Both the position numbers and the translations under genes were made by a program. A DNA stretch of 64,000 nucleotides from Marispirochaeta sp. Its GTDB lineage: Bacteria; Spirochaetota; Spirochaetia; JC444; Marispirochaetaceae. The notes below the pieces were generated by a model. The model was given only the letters and a program-made list of their open reading frames with translations, made no database searches and was not told the origin of the DNA. Positions 9,603 to 19,350 of this stretch are shown here, piece after piece (the first letter of the stretch is position 1; each line of letters begins with the position of its first letter). The stretch is from contig CAXXFF010000003.1 in NCBI GenBank assembly GCA_963676835.2, forward strand, positions 416,001 through 480,000, written 5' to 3'.

Positions 9603-11105
9603 TCATGCTTCTTTCATATTTTGCGGAACTTTTTTTATGTTTTTATAAACAATACTGCCTATAGCCAGTACGGTCAGGAGTATAAAAAATCCGGAAATCG
9701 GCCTTGTGAGGAAGGGTATAAAACTGCCTTCAGCTTTCAGTAGACCTCTGAGAAGATTCGTTTCAATTATGGGACCCAGAATGAAGCCCAGAACTATGGG
9801 AGGCCGTGGATAGTTGAACTTACTCATACCAAAACCAAGCAGCCCGAACACAAGAATAGTCCATACATCGAACATTCTGTTGTTTATTCCAAACGCTCCG
9901 ACGACACAAAGAGAAAAAATTACCGGTAAAAGAATGCTCTTCGGAACTTTTAATACTTTGACAAACAGGCGGATACCGAAATACTCAATGCAGAACATAA
10001 GAACATTAGCCACAATCAATGCCGCAAAGATTCCATATATAATGTCACCATTTGTTTCAAACAAAAGCGGTCCGGGCTGTATCTGATGCAGCATAAGACC
10101 GGCAAGCAGCATTGCAGTGCCGGAATCTCCCGGTATTCCGAGGGTCAGAAGCGGAATGAGCGCCCCGCCGGAAACTGCATTATTTGAAGACTCTGAGGCA
10201 ACGATTCCGTCAATAATTCCAGTACCGAATTTTTCAGGATGTTTTGACTGATTCCTTGCCGCTCCATAGGCAACAATATTTGAAACACCGGCACCAAGAC
10301 CGGGTAAAGAACCAATGCCAACACCGATCAAGGAAGATCTGCAGAAATTGAATATCTGACTTTTAAACTCGGCGAGAGAAAGGCCCAGTCCTTTCATTTC
10401 AAATTTTGTAAGAATTTCTTTTCGACTGAAAATATTTGAATCAGCGTTGCTAAGCATCTCGGTGATAGCATATACACCGATAAGTGTGGGCAGCAGGCTG
10501 ATACCGCCGTCAAACTGATGGAATCCCATGGTGAACCTTTTAACACCCACCACAGGAGCAATACCTATTGTCGATAACAGTATTCCAATTAAACCGCTCA
10601 CTATACCTTTGGAAAGACTTTTTCCCGACAGACCTGCAATCAAAGTAATTGAGAAAACTCCTACTGCGAAGTATTCAAATGGAGAGAACATTAGCGCTAT
10701 GGTTGAAAGTGGGGGCGCTATAAAAAACAGCATAAGCATTCCGACCATGCCCCCCAGGAATGAAAAGGTTATTCCTATACCCAAAGCCCGTCCGGCTTCA
10801 CCCCGGGCAGCCATAGGATGTCCATCGAATGTTGTAGAAATGGATCCGGGTACACCTGGTATGTTTAAAAGAATTGCTGTAATCAATCCTCCGGAAACAC
10901 CCCCGACATATAAACCGATGATCATCGAGATTGCATTGGTGGCTGTCATTGCGTATGTTATGGGCAGACAGAATGCGATACCCATTGATGTGGATATTCC
11001 CGGTAAGGCTCCAAAGATAATACCGAGGATTACACCTAAAACTATTACAAGAATGGTTTTAAAGGTAAATATTACCTGAAATCCGGTTAACAGAAGTTCC
11101 AGCAT
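9603..11105 (-). CDS. tctA: Tripartite tricarboxylate transporter large permease TctA
   Basis: GALPGIS, ILLNIPG.PGS..TTFDGHPMA.RGEAGRAL, ESSNNA, IPLLTLGIPGD, PGPLLF. Confidence 0.93.
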   Translation of the reverse strand: MLELLLTGFQVIFTFKTILVIVLGVILGIIFGALPGISTSMGIAFCLPITYAMTATNAISMIIGLYVGGVSGGLITAILLNIPGVPGSISTTFDGHPMAARGEAGRALGIGITFSFLGGMVGMLMLFFIAPPLSTIALMFSPFEYFAVGVFSITLIAGLSGKSLSKGIVSGLIGILLSTIGIAPVVGVKRFTMGFHQFDGGISLLPTLIGVYAITEMLSNADSNIFSRKEILTKFEMKGLGLSLAEFKSQIFNFCRSSLIGVGIGSLPGLGAGVSNIVAYGAARNQSKHPEKFGTGIIDGIVASESSNNAVSGGALIPLLTLGIPGDSGTAMLLAGLMLHQIQPGPLLFETNGDIIYGIFAALIVANVLMFCIEYFGIRLFVKVLKVPKSILLPVIFSLCVVGAFGINNRMFDVWTILVFGLLGFGMSKFNYPRPPIVLGFILGPIIETNLLRGLLKAEGSFIPFLTRPISGFFILLTVLAIGSIVYKNIKKVPQNMKEA

Positions 11106-11117
11106 TTTCCCTCTCTC

Positions 11118-11591
11118 CTAACCTAATATTCCCGGTGGGAGTATTACACTTAAAAATTTCTGAAAACTGAAATAAACAGATGAGGCTACTATCAGGGCTG
11201 TTACTGAATACATGATCAGTCCCCTGCCTTTTTTGGGTTTAAATAATTGGAACTGCGCAAAAAGACATAATACTGTCATGATTAAAAATCCAACAGTTTC
11301 AAGAAGTGCCATATATATAACGATTATCAGAACAGTTCCAGCAAGAAGACTTTTTTCTTTCTTTACGATCTTACCTGCATTTGCGGCTTTTGATTCTTCT
11401 TTATTTTTTATTCCCTGATAGATTATAAAAACACTCACAACTCCAAGCAAAAGTGATATAAGCTTAGGCATGAAGCTGGGATCGACATCCACAAACCGGC
11501 TTTGCTTTATTCCATAAGAGGAAAACCAGATTATTAGTGAAACAGCTAAAAACAGAGAACCGGATATAATATCCCTACGGCTTGAAGTCAA
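11118..11591 (-). CDS. tctB: TTT small membrane subunit TctB
   Basis: Four hydrophobic segments, P.FMP and C-terminal LPPG motifs, lies between tctC and tctA; TTG start preceded by GGAGGGGAG. Confidence 0.88.
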   Translation of the reverse strand: MTSSRRDIISGSLFLAVSLIIWFSSYGIKQSRFVDVDPSFMPKLISLLLGVVSVFIIYQGIKNKEESKAANAGKIVKKEKSLLAGTVLIIVIYMALLETVGFLIMTVLCLFAQFQLFKPKKGRGLIMYSVTALIVASSVYFSFQKFLSVILPPGILG

Positions 11592-11609
11592 TTCTCCCCT
11601 CCTTTATTG

Positions 11610-11633
11610 GCTGCCCTTAATACTAAGGGCAGC
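11610..11633. other. 10-bp stem-loop in the tctC-tctB intergenic region
   Basis: GCTGCCCTTA-atac-TAAGGGCAGC; a second imperfect inverted repeat lies at 11646-11689. Confidence 0.6.
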
Positions 11634-11755
11634 ACTATAGCTGGCAAAGATTGGAACAAAACCTCATATTTTATAGTGTCCCAATCTTTACCTATGATTG
11701 GAATTCCCCCAAAATTGTCGACACCTGTTATGCTTAGAATCTAAGGAGAAATCAG

Positions 11756-12043
11756 GTGTCTAAGAGTCCATATTCGGAAGAATTTAAGGCAGAAACTATC
11801 AAGCAAATCATGGAAGAAGGCGTTGGCGTTTTGGCTGTTGCCAAGGCAACCGGTGTTAGCGACGTCACCTTATACAAGTGGCTCAAAGTTGCCGGGTGGA
11901 AATCAGGCGAGTCAAAAGACAAAAAGAAAATTACTGAAGCTGACCAGGAAATAAAGGCGCTTAAGGCAGAGCTTAAGCAGGTCAAAATGGAGCGTGACAT
12001 CCTAAAAAAGGCCGCAGCGTACTTTGCCGGGGAGTCCCTGTAA
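11756..12043 (+). CDS. IS3 transposase OrfA (HTH plus coiled coil)
   Basis: YSEEFKAE...VA...GVS..TLYKW HTH; ends E.DILKKAAAYFA. Confidence 0.93.
   Translation: MSKSPYSEEFKAETIKQIMEEGVGVLAVAKATGVSDVTLYKWLKVAGWKSGESKDKKKITEADQEIKALKAELKQVKMERDILKKAAAYFAGESL
12004..12010 (+). other. -1 programmed frameshift heptamer A_AAA_AAG joining OrfA and OrfB
   Basis: OrfA codons CTA AAA AAG; the -1 frame is open (GRSVLCRGVPVKYAFIKEH...) into OrfB; SD-like GGAG about 11 nt upstream. Confidence 0.88.
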
Positions 12044-12081
12044 AGTACGCATTTATCAAAGAACATCGTAGCACTTACCCG

Positions 12082-12900
12082 GTGCGACAGATGTGCAGGG
12101 CCATGAAAGTCCATCCATCAGGCTTCTATCGGTGGATTAAGAACCCAGAATCCAAACGAGCCATCCAAAACCGGGTAATAACCCAAGAGATCCGCCATTA
12201 TTGGGAAGAAAGTGGAGGCACTTACGGAAGTCCCAATATTCATCAGGATTTCAAGGAGGCTGGCTATTCTTACAGTGTTAACCGTATTGCGCGACTTATG
12301 AAAGAAGCAGGTATACAGGGTGCTCACCGCCGCAAAAAGCATCCTTACATTCCTCCAGAAGGACCTGTACACAGTCTTAATCAGCTCAATCGTGAGTTCA
12401 CTGTTAGCGATCCTAATCGTGTCTGGTGTATCGACATAACATATATTCGAACCTGTGAGGGCTGGCTGTACCTGGCAGTTGTCATAGATCTGTTCAGCAG
12501 GCGAATAGTTGGATGGTCTATGAAGAGTAACCAGAAAACAGCCTTGGTCATGGATGCTTTGTTTATGGCAGTCAAACGAAGACGGCCAAAACAGACAGTT
12601 CTAATTCACTCCGATCAAGGTACCCAGTTCACCAGCTATGAATGGGATAGCTTCTGTGAGTTCCACAATTTGGATCCGAGTATGAGTCGAAGAGGCAATT
12701 GCTGGGATAATGCCGTTGTTGAATCCTTCTTCTCCAGCTTGAAAAAAGAACGGGTAAAGAAAAAAATCTACAAAAACAGGGAGGTAGCACGCAAAGATAT
12801 TTTCAATTACATAGAGTTATTTTACAATCCTAAAAGGCGGCATAGCCATTTGGACCGTCGAAGTCCGGCTCAATTCGAAGCTATGTATTTAACCCCGTAA
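12082..12900 (+). CDS. IS3 transposase OrfB (rve DDE integrase domain)
   Basis: WCIDITYI, IHSDQGTQF and DNAVVESFF give the DDE triad; YNPKRRHS. Confidence 0.95.
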   Translation: MRQMCRAMKVHPSGFYRWIKNPESKRAIQNRVITQEIRHYWEESGGTYGSPNIHQDFKEAGYSYSVNRIARLMKEAGIQGAHRRKKHPYIPPEGPVHSLNQLNREFTVSDPNRVWCIDITYIRTCEGWLYLAVVIDLFSRRIVGWSMKSNQKTALVMDALFMAVKRRRPKQTVLIHSDQGTQFTSYEWDSFCEFHNLDPSMSRRGNCWDNAVVESFFSSLKKERVKKKIYKNREVARKDIFNYIELFYNPKRRHSHLDRRSPAQFEAMYLTP

Positions 12901-12949
12901 AGTGTCGACAGAATCGGGGGAATTCCAGATTGATCAATATAGTTATCAG

Positions 12950-13921
12950 TTAATCCATCAAGGCACTTTTGTATTTACTGGTTTTTGCGTAAACCTTGTC
13001 CATGTAGCTTTCAGCATCCGTGGAGCCAAAGTATTTGGGAATATTGAAGAAACCTCTTACCTCGGCCTGATACTCTTTGTTATTAACTACAGTCTGAAGC
13101 GCAGATGCGAAAGTATCTACTATCTCTATAGGCGTTTCCGGCGGGAAAGCGTAAAACCAGAATTTATCGAAGGAAATATCTACCCCCTGCTCCATGAATG
13201 TGGGGACATCAGGAAGAAGATCACTTCTTTCTTCAGAAAGAACACCCAGACATACGAAGTCTCCCTTTTTCACATAATCCGCTACACCACCGTAAATAGA
13301 GAACATAACATCAATGTGTCCGCCCATAAGCGCTGCAATCTTGTCTGATTGACCTCCGACATCGGCATACTTAAATTTAATACCCGCAGCTTCCTCTATA
13401 GCTGCTGCTATCATATGGGAGGTTCCACCCAGTTCAAGGGCAAACTCTATCTCACCGGGGCGTGCTTTAGCTGCACTGATAAGATCTTCAAGGGAAGCGT
13501 ATTTACTGCTACCGATAATGGCCATGGTATCGCAGACGATTGGTATACCGGCAACCTCAAAGTCTGTCGGGCCGTAATCCGCAACTTCAAGCATCTTATT
13601 CATAAGACTGCCTTCATGATGAAAAAGCATGGTATACCCGTCAGGATCAGCATCAAAAACCTCTGAACTTCCGATGGTACCGCCTGCTCCCTTAATATTT
13701 GAAACAACCAGTTCTACCCCCAAGATTTCTCTCAGGTATTTATTGGTAAGCCTGGCGTTAACATCGGTTCCGCCACCTGCACCTGCCGGAACTATCACTT
13801 TAATGGGCTTATCAGGGTATGTTGCCCCGCCGGCGTCCTGTTGTCCATTGGCAAAAACCAGACTCCCGATTACCAGCATTACTGCTACTGCTGATAAAGT
13901 TGTTTTCCTAATTGAAATCAT
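12950..13921 (-). CDS. tctC: TTT substrate-binding protein TctC/Bug family
   Basis: Signal peptide, YPDKPIKVIVP.GAGGGTD..AR, N..GAGGTIG, PDGYT, PDVPT..EQG; RBS AAGGAG. Confidence 0.93.
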   Translation of the reverse strand: MISIRKTTLSAVAVMLVIGSLVFANGQQDAGGATYPDKPIKVIVPAGAGGGTDVNARLTNKYLREILGVELVVSNIKGAGGTIGSSEVFDADPDGYTMLFHHEGSLMNKMLEVADYGPTDFEVAGIPIVCDTMAIIGSSKYASLEDLISAAKARPGEIEFALELGGTSHMIAAAIEEAAGIKFKYADVGGQSDKIAALMGGHIDVMFSIYGGVADYVKKGDFVCLGVLSEERSDLLPDVPTFMEQGVDISFDKFWFYAFPPETPIEIVDTFASALQTVVNNKEYQAEVRGFFNIPKYFGSTDAESYMDKVYAKTSKYKSALMD

Positions 13922-13935
13922 CTACACACTCCTTA

Positions 13936-13981
13936 TTTTGGATCTAAAATCTATTTTAGATCCAAAACTTCCCTATGTCAA
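13936..13981 (-). promoter_or_regulatory. Sigma70 promoter of the tct-sulfatase operon overlapped by a 32-bp palindromic operator
   Basis: TTGACA (13981-13976), N17, TAAAAT (13958-13953); inverted repeat TTTTGGATCTAAAAT-ct-ATTTTAGATCCAAAA at 13936-13967. Confidence 0.8.
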
Positions 13982-14102
13982 TATTTTGTTTTCTGCGCAG
14001 GTAAATCTTGACGACGAAGAATCTGGGGAAAGAGCAGTTTTTAGACTTGCCCCACATAATTAACAAATTGACCAAGGGCTTTCTCCCCGGTACTCTATCC
14101 CC

Positions 14103-14987
14103 ATGAAATGGGCACTGGTCCTCTCCGGAGGCGGCGGCAACGGGCTGTCACACATCGGCGTTATAAAAGCTCTTGAAGAACTCAACCTTCGTCCCGATCT
14201 GATTGCCGGCACCTCCATCGGTGCGATCATCGGGGGTGCTTATGCCTGCGGTATGGAAGTTGAAGACTTTGAAGAGATGCTGGAATCCTTCGATCTGTTC
14301 CAGTATCTGGAAGGGTTCACATTTCAGCTGAACATCGGAGCGGTCACCAGAGTTCTCCAGGCCGAGGAAGCGATAAACCGGATGCTGGTTTCCCGCGGTG
14401 CAGACGGTGGTTCAAAGATCCACGAACTTCTGCGGCGTATGACCAATAATGCAAGCTTTTCAGATACCCGCATCCCTTTCTACTGCAACGCTGTAGATCT
14501 TACCAACGGCAGGGAAGTAATGCTTCATCGGGGATCTGTTGCAGATGCCATACGTGCATCCATGGCATTCCCGGGAGTATTTACCCCGGTGGAACGGAAC
14601 GGTATGCTTCTCTGCGATGGAGCAGTTTCTGACAACATGCCGGTATGGATTCCCCGATCGATGGGTATAAAACACGTAATCGGGGTTAATGTCACGCCCC
14701 GCAGACCCTCGGGGCCGGAAGACCTCGAAAACGGTTTTTCCATACTTCTCAGGGCTTTTACAGTCGCCTGTTATGGACAGATTCGTTCCGAGGCTGATAC
14801 ACCTACACTTGAACTTATTCCCAATGAAAAAGACGTCCCCCTTGATTTCTCAGACAGCAAAGAGTTAATTAATCTTGGGTATGAAACAGTTATGAATCAA
14901 AAGTCACAGTTAAGAAAGGCATTGAATTTCTGGCCGGCCTTCCGCAGACACTCAAAGGTGAGCGCCGGGCGGAGAGCCGCAGAATAA
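14103..14987 (+). CDS. Patatin-like phospholipase
   Basis: LSGGGGNG, GTSIG nucleophile, ASMAFPGVF.P, DGA. Confidence 0.92.
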   Translation: MKWALVLSGGGGNGLSHIGVIKALEELNLRPDLIAGTSIGAIIGGAYACGMEVEDFEEMLESFDLFQYLEGFTFQLNIGAVTRVLQAEEAINRMLVSRGADGGSKIHELLRRMTNNASFSDTRIPFYCNAVDLTNGREVMLHRGSVADAIRASMAFPGVFTPVERNGMLLCDGAVSDNMPVWIPRSMGIKHVIGVNVTPRRPSGPEDLENGFSILLRAFTVACYGQIRSEADTPTLELIPNEKDVPLDFSDSKELINLGYETVMNQKSQLRKALNFWPAFRRHSKVSAGRRAAE

Positions 14988-15012
14988 TAAGAAGGGTTAG
15001 GAAACCTGACAA

Positions 15013-15657
15013 TCAGAGGGTTTTTTCGACATAGACCTCAAAAATCTGACTGCTTTCAAAATTATCTATATTCTTTACATAGGTAAGAAACTTTTCAGCT
15101 TCTGCTTTGTATTTGTAGGGCCCTATGCGCACACGGAAATACTGGGTGCCGTTGACATCTTTGGTAAAGATAACTGATTCAAATTCCTTTTCCTGAAGAC
15201 TTTCTTTCGCCTCTTCTGCGCTCGACCGGTGCGAAAACGATCCGGCCTGAATCCAGTATTCCGTTACTCTCACCTTTTTTACCGGATTTACCGGAGCGGG
15301 CGCAGGCTGTACTGCTTTAGGCGCAGGAACCGCCGCTGGTACCGGAGCCTTTACGATTTCTGCTACCGGTGCAGTCTCCGCTGCGTCCGGGGTAACGTCA
15401 GAATCAGCACCTTCGACGACACCGATCACATAACTTGTTTCACCCGTCTCCCCGGAGGACTCTTCCAGGCCCATGGTTTTTTCATCATCCTTGAGAAAGG
15501 CGGTAACATCAAAATTATCGCTTTCAACTGCCGCAGTGGTAGTTTCGGTCTCGCTGCCTGTTCCCGGGGGGACAAATAGTATAAAAGCTGCGGCCACCAC
15601 TACCAGAACACCGGTAGCCAGTGCGAATATTATCCATAAAATTTTCTGCTGTTCCAT
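15013..15657 (-). CDS. SPOR-domain cell-division/peptidoglycan-binding membrane protein
   Basis: N-terminal TM, Pro/Ala linker, C-terminal YWIQAGSFS...A...FRVRIGPY. Confidence 0.88.
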   Translation of the reverse strand: MEQQKILWIIFALATGVLVVVAAAFILFVPPGTGSETETTTAAVESDNFDVTAFLKDDEKTMGLEESSGETGETSYVIGVVEGADSDVTPDAAETAPVAEIVKAPVPAAVPAPKAVQPAPAPVNPVKKVRVTEYWIQAGSFSHRSSAEEAKESLQEKEFESVIFTKDVNGTQYFRVRIGPYKYKAEAEKFLTYVKNIDNFESSQIFEVYVEKTL

Positions 15658-15675
15658 CGATCTCTCCGTAACTGA

Positions 15676-16245
15676 TTAACCCAGAAGGCTATTCAGCTCT
15701 TCGGAAACCCTGCGCTCCAGGCGCTTCCGGTTTCCGGCGTTGACTATATCTATAATATCGACAACTTCCTGATCTTTTTGAGGATACACTTTCTTTTGTG
15801 AACGAATTCTTCTGATAAACCCGGGCAAATCCAAACCGTCCCGCTGCCGGGCGCGAAAAAAACGCTTCCAGACTGGAGCTTTTACCCAGAAAACAGTATC
15901 GCACAACCGGAACAGGCCCATAGGATACAACAGGGCGGCATTCACCACTCCATTTCCGTTTCCGGCACGGATTTTTTCAACCTGTTTTTCGGTCTCCCTG
16001 ATCATCCACGGGTGCAGAATAGACTCAAGCTTTTTGAGCTCCTCAGGATGGGAAAAAACAATCCTGCCAAGTTCTCTGCGGTCCAGGGTCCCGAAGGTGT
16101 TCAGTACTGTTTCCGACATGGCTTCCCGGGCCGCATGACCGAGACTGTCTACATCGATTTCTTCAAAGCCCTTCTCAATGAGAATCTGCCCGACTGTGCT
16201 CTTTCCTGCACAATACTCACCGGCAACCCCTATAATAATACTCAA
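15676..16245 (-). CDS. coaE: Dephospho-CoA kinase
   Basis: GEYCAGKST P-loop, DVD.LGH, LDRRELG.IVF, LE.ILHP; overlaps the polA stop. Confidence 0.9.
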   Translation of the reverse strand: MSIIIGVAGEYCAGKSTVGQILIEKGFEEIDVDSLGHAAREAMSETVLNTFGTLDRRELGRIVFSHPEELKKLESILHPWMIRETEKQVEKIRAGNGNGVVNAALLYPMGLFRLCDTVFWVKAPVWKRFFRARQRDGLDLPGFIRRIRSQKKVYPQKDQEVVDIIDIVNAGNRKRLERRVSEELNSLLG

Positions 16246-18938
16246 TGTACACTGCCCCAGCTGTCCCCTGTCTCAAGGCTGACCTTCAAGGGAACAGAAA
16301 GCTTCACTGCATTCTGCATTGTCTCAAGAACCAGGGCGGAAACAGCTTCTTTTTCATTTTCCGGGACCTCAAGAATAAGTTCGTCATGCACCTGCAGAAT
16401 CAGTTTGGCTTTATAATTTTCCTCTTTCAGAGCCCTGGAAAGATTGATCATAGCCTGTTTAACGATATCCGCAGCGGATCCCTGCACCGGGGTGTTAACC
16501 GCAATCCGCTCCGCGCCGGCTTTCTCTGTTTTGTTACGGCTGTTTATACCCGGAACGGTACGCCGGTGGCCCATCATTGTAGATACAGTCCCGGACTTCT
16601 CTGTTTCTTTTACTATGCGGTCGATAAAATCCTTAACTCCCGCATACTGGGTAAAATAGGCATCAATAAAACGCGCTGCATCACCCCGGGGAATCCGCAG
16701 TTCATTGGAAAGGCGAAAGGGGCTCATGCCGTAAATAACCCCGAAGTTGATGGTTTTTGCCACGCGTCGCTGTTCCGGGCTGACCTCATCTTCGGATACC
16801 CCGAAAATCAGGGAAGCAGTCTGACGATGAATATCCCTGCCTTCAACAAATGCCCCTGCGAGGTTTTTATCCTTTGACAGATGAGCAAATACTACAAGCT
16901 CAATCTGGGCATAGTCGGCACTGAGAAAACAGTGTCCTTCTGCAGGAATAAACGCCCGGCGGATTTCCCTTCCCGCCTCGTCCTTGACAGGTATATTCTG
17001 CAGATTCGGATTTTTACTGGCAAGCCGCCCGGTTGCAGTTCCGGTAAGCTGAAAACTGGTATGGATTCTTCCGGTGGTGGGATTAATCTGTTCCGGCAGG
17101 GTATCCACATAGGTCGATTTAAGCTTTGCCAGACCACGGTGTTTCAGTATGAGTTCCGGAACCGGATCTTCCGAGGCAAGCTGCTGCAGAACGCCTGTGT
17201 CAGTGCTGTAACCGGTTTTGGTCTTTTTAACCGGAGTAAGCTTCCGGTCTTCAAACAGCACCTGCTGCAGCTGTTTGGTGGAATTGATATTGAACTCTTT
17301 ACCGCAGAGACTGTAGATCTGTCCCTGAATGGCATCCAGGTCCTTTCCAAGCCGTATTCCGTATTCCTTCAGGGACTTACCGTTGAGACCAATTCCGGCA
17401 ATTTCCATTTCTGCAAGAATCTTCAGAACCGGCATTTCAATATCATTAAAAGTGGATTCAAGCCCCTCTTTCTTCAGTTCTTCTTTGAAAAGATCAAAGA
17501 GACGAAGGGTAATATCAGCATCCTCAACCGCATATTCACATGCTTTCTGAAGTTCTACATCCTGAAAAGTTCCGCCTTTAGGGACAACATCGTTAAAATG
17601 AATGGTTGTATAACCGAGAAACCGTTCGGCCAGTGTATCCATACCATAAGTATTGGCTGTGCTGTCCAGGAGCCATGCGGCCACCATGGTATCGAATATA
17701 CCGCAATTAATTTCTGTTATTCCCCAGTTGCGGAGGACTTTATAATCATACTTGAGGTTCTGCCCGACCCAGAGGAATTTTTCGTTGCCAAGAATTTCTG
17801 CAACAAATGCTTTGACGGTGTCTTCCACAAGACAGGAAACACCGGTGCATTTCAAGGGGATATACCATCCCTGTGCTTTTTTTACTGAAACGGAAATGCC
17901 CGCCAGTACAGCCTGCATAGGGTCGACCGAATCTGTTTCGACATCGAGAGCAAAAGTCCCGGCATGCAAAATCGCGTCCTTAAGCCTCTCAAGAGCCTCA
18001 ATGCTTGTAACCGTTGAGTAGTCGGCACTTTCCGCTGAGAATGAATCGTGCCCTTTCTGCTCCGCTACGGCTTCACTGCCGCCGACCATTTCTGCGAGAC
18101 TTCCGGCTCCCTCCCGGAGAAACAGTGAAGCTACTTGTTCTCCATCGTATGCTTTCAGTTTAAGTTCGGAAACATCTGGCAGCCCGGAAAGATCGGTTTT
18201 AAGGGTAATCAGATCCCTGCTGAGGTAGGCTGTTTCCTTTTCTGTCGTAAATATTTCCCGCTGCCGCGGTGTCAGTTTATCAAGATTCTCATAGATACCA
18301 TCCAGACTGCCGTATTTCTCAAGCAGTCCAACCGCCCCTTTCGGTCCAATACCCTTTACACCGGGAACATTGTCAGACTGATCACCGGTCAGAGATAGAT
18401 AATCCAGAATCTTTTCGGGGGGGACACCCCACTTTTCCGTTACTTCTTCCGGTCCATACTCAATATATCCGCCTGATTTATCCGGAAGCAAAGCTGTTAC
18501 CGGTCCACCGACCAGCTGCATAAGGTCCTTATCTCCGGACACTATGGTGCATCCAATCCCCGACAGACGGGCACTTACAGCATAGCTTGCAATAATATCG
18601 TCGGCTTCAACACCTTCCTGTTCTATGCGGGAGATCTGCATGGCATCAAGAATTTCTTTTATCACCGGTATCTGGGCATGCAGATCCTGGGGTGCTTTTT
18701 CCCTGTTTGCTTTATATTCAGGATATTTTTCATGCCGGAATGTCGGTTTTGCCGAATCAAAGATCACAGCAAGATTTTCCGGATTGTAATTACGTGTTAT
18801 GGAAAGAAGGGTTCTGAAGAAACCGAACACGGCGGAACTGTTTTTACCCGCCGGGTTAAACAGGGGTGCCCGTATAAATGCGAAGTATGATCGGTAAACA
18901 AGGGCATAGCCGTCGATGAGATAAAGCTTATCTGACAC
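16242..18938 (-). CDS. polA: DNA polymerase I
   Basis: LIDG, EADD, DVET exonuclease site, TGRLAS.NPNLQNIP, DYAQIEL, AKTINFG.IYG, LQVHDE. Confidence 0.98.
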   Translation of the reverse strand: MSDKLYLIDGYALVYRSYFAFIRAPLFNPAGKNSSAVFGFFRTLLSITRNYNPENLAVIFDSAKPTFRHEKYPEYKANREKAPQDLHAQIPVIKEILDAMQISRIEQEGVEADDIIASYAVSARLSGIGCTIVSGDKDLMQLVGGPVTALLPDKSGGYIEYGPEEVTEKWGVPPEKILDYLSLTGDQSDNVPGVKGIGPKGAVGLLEKYGSLDGIYENLDKLTPRQREIFTTEKETAYLSRDLITLKTDLSGLPDVSELKLKAYDGEQVASLFLREGAGSLAEMVGGSEAVAEQKGHDSFSAESADYSTVTSIEALERLKDAILHAGTFALDVETDSVDPMQAVLAGISVSVKKAQGWYIPLKCTGVSCLVEDTVKAFVAEILGNEKFLWVGQNLKYDYKVLRNWGITEINCGIFDTMVAAWLLDSTANTYGMDTLAERFLGYTTIHFNDVVPKGGTFQDVELQKACEYAVEDADITLRLFDLFKEELKKEGLESTFNDIEMPVLKILAEMEIAGIGLNGKSLKEYGIRLGKDLDAIQGQIYSLCGKEFNINSTKQLQQVLFEDRKLTPVKKTKTGYSTDTGVLQQLASEDPVPELILKHRGLAKLKSTYVDTLPEQINPTTGRIHTSFQLTGTATGRLASKNPNLQNIPVKDEAGREIRRAFIPAEGHCFLSADYAQIELVVFAHLSKDKNLAGAFVEGRDIHRQTASLIFGVSEDEVSPEQRRVAKTINFGVIYGMSPFRLSNELRIPRGDAARFIDAYFTQYAGVKDFIDRIVKETEKSGTVSTMMGHRRTVPGINSRNKTEKAGAERIAVNTPVQGSAADIVKQAMINLSRALKEENYKAKLILQVHDELILEVPENEKEAVSALVLETMQNAVKLSVPLKVSLETGDSWGSVH

Positions 18939-18965
18939 CTGAACTCCTTAGGCAGGGAACAGATA

Positions 18966-19346
18966 TCAGCAGGAGAAATCTACAAAAGAAGAGGTATGTT
19001 CTTCCAGGGCGAATATTCTGTTCCGGTCTTTTCTGAAATTACCTTTTTTCAGTCTCGTCTGCAAGGACGAAACCCTCTCTTTAATTTTAGATTCAATCCT
19101 CTGGTGCTGAATTTTAAGGCGTTTATCAAGTTCGGATTCAATAAATTTCAGTCCAGCACCGTCACCGGCTTTTCTACAGGACTTAAGCCTGCGAAAACAG
19201 GCATCCTGAGCCTGAAGATGGAGTTCAAACTTTTCTATATTTTCGGTATTAAGGTCATCTTCGAGGAGTTCCAGAATTTTCAGGTACTCCCCGGTAAGAA
19301 GTGTTCTCCTGGATTCAAGCTCCAGGAGATATGCGGGATATGACAA
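18966..19346 (-). CDS. Hypothetical coiled-coil protein directly after fliS (possible FliT/FlgN-like chaperone)
   Basis: Helical, charged ORF filling the fliS-polA gap; probable TTG start at 19346, since the track start 19451 overlaps fliS. Confidence 0.6.
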   Translation of the reverse strand: MSYPAYLLELESRRTLLTGEYLKILELLEDDLNTENIEKFELHLQAQDACFRRLKSCRKAGDGAGLKFIESELDKRLKIQHQRIESKIKERVSSLQTRLKKGNFRKDRNRIFALEEHTSSFVDFSC

Positions 19347-19350
19347 AGTA

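Larger units (their letters stand above)
11699..12927 (+). mobile_element. Complete IS3-family insertion sequence, 1229 bp, 26-bp imperfect terminal inverted repeats, 3-bp target duplication GAT
   Basis: IRL TGGAATTCCCCCAAAATTGTCGACAC versus reverse complement of IRR TGGAATTCCCCCGATTCTGTCGACAC; TG...CA ends; GAT at 11696-11698 and 12928-12930. Confidence 0.97.

Noticed and set aside
7267..13981. Composite transposon carrying the sulfatase island
   Set aside because: Only one IS is present and it is internal with its own target duplication; no integrase, tRNA or flanking direct repeats were seen.
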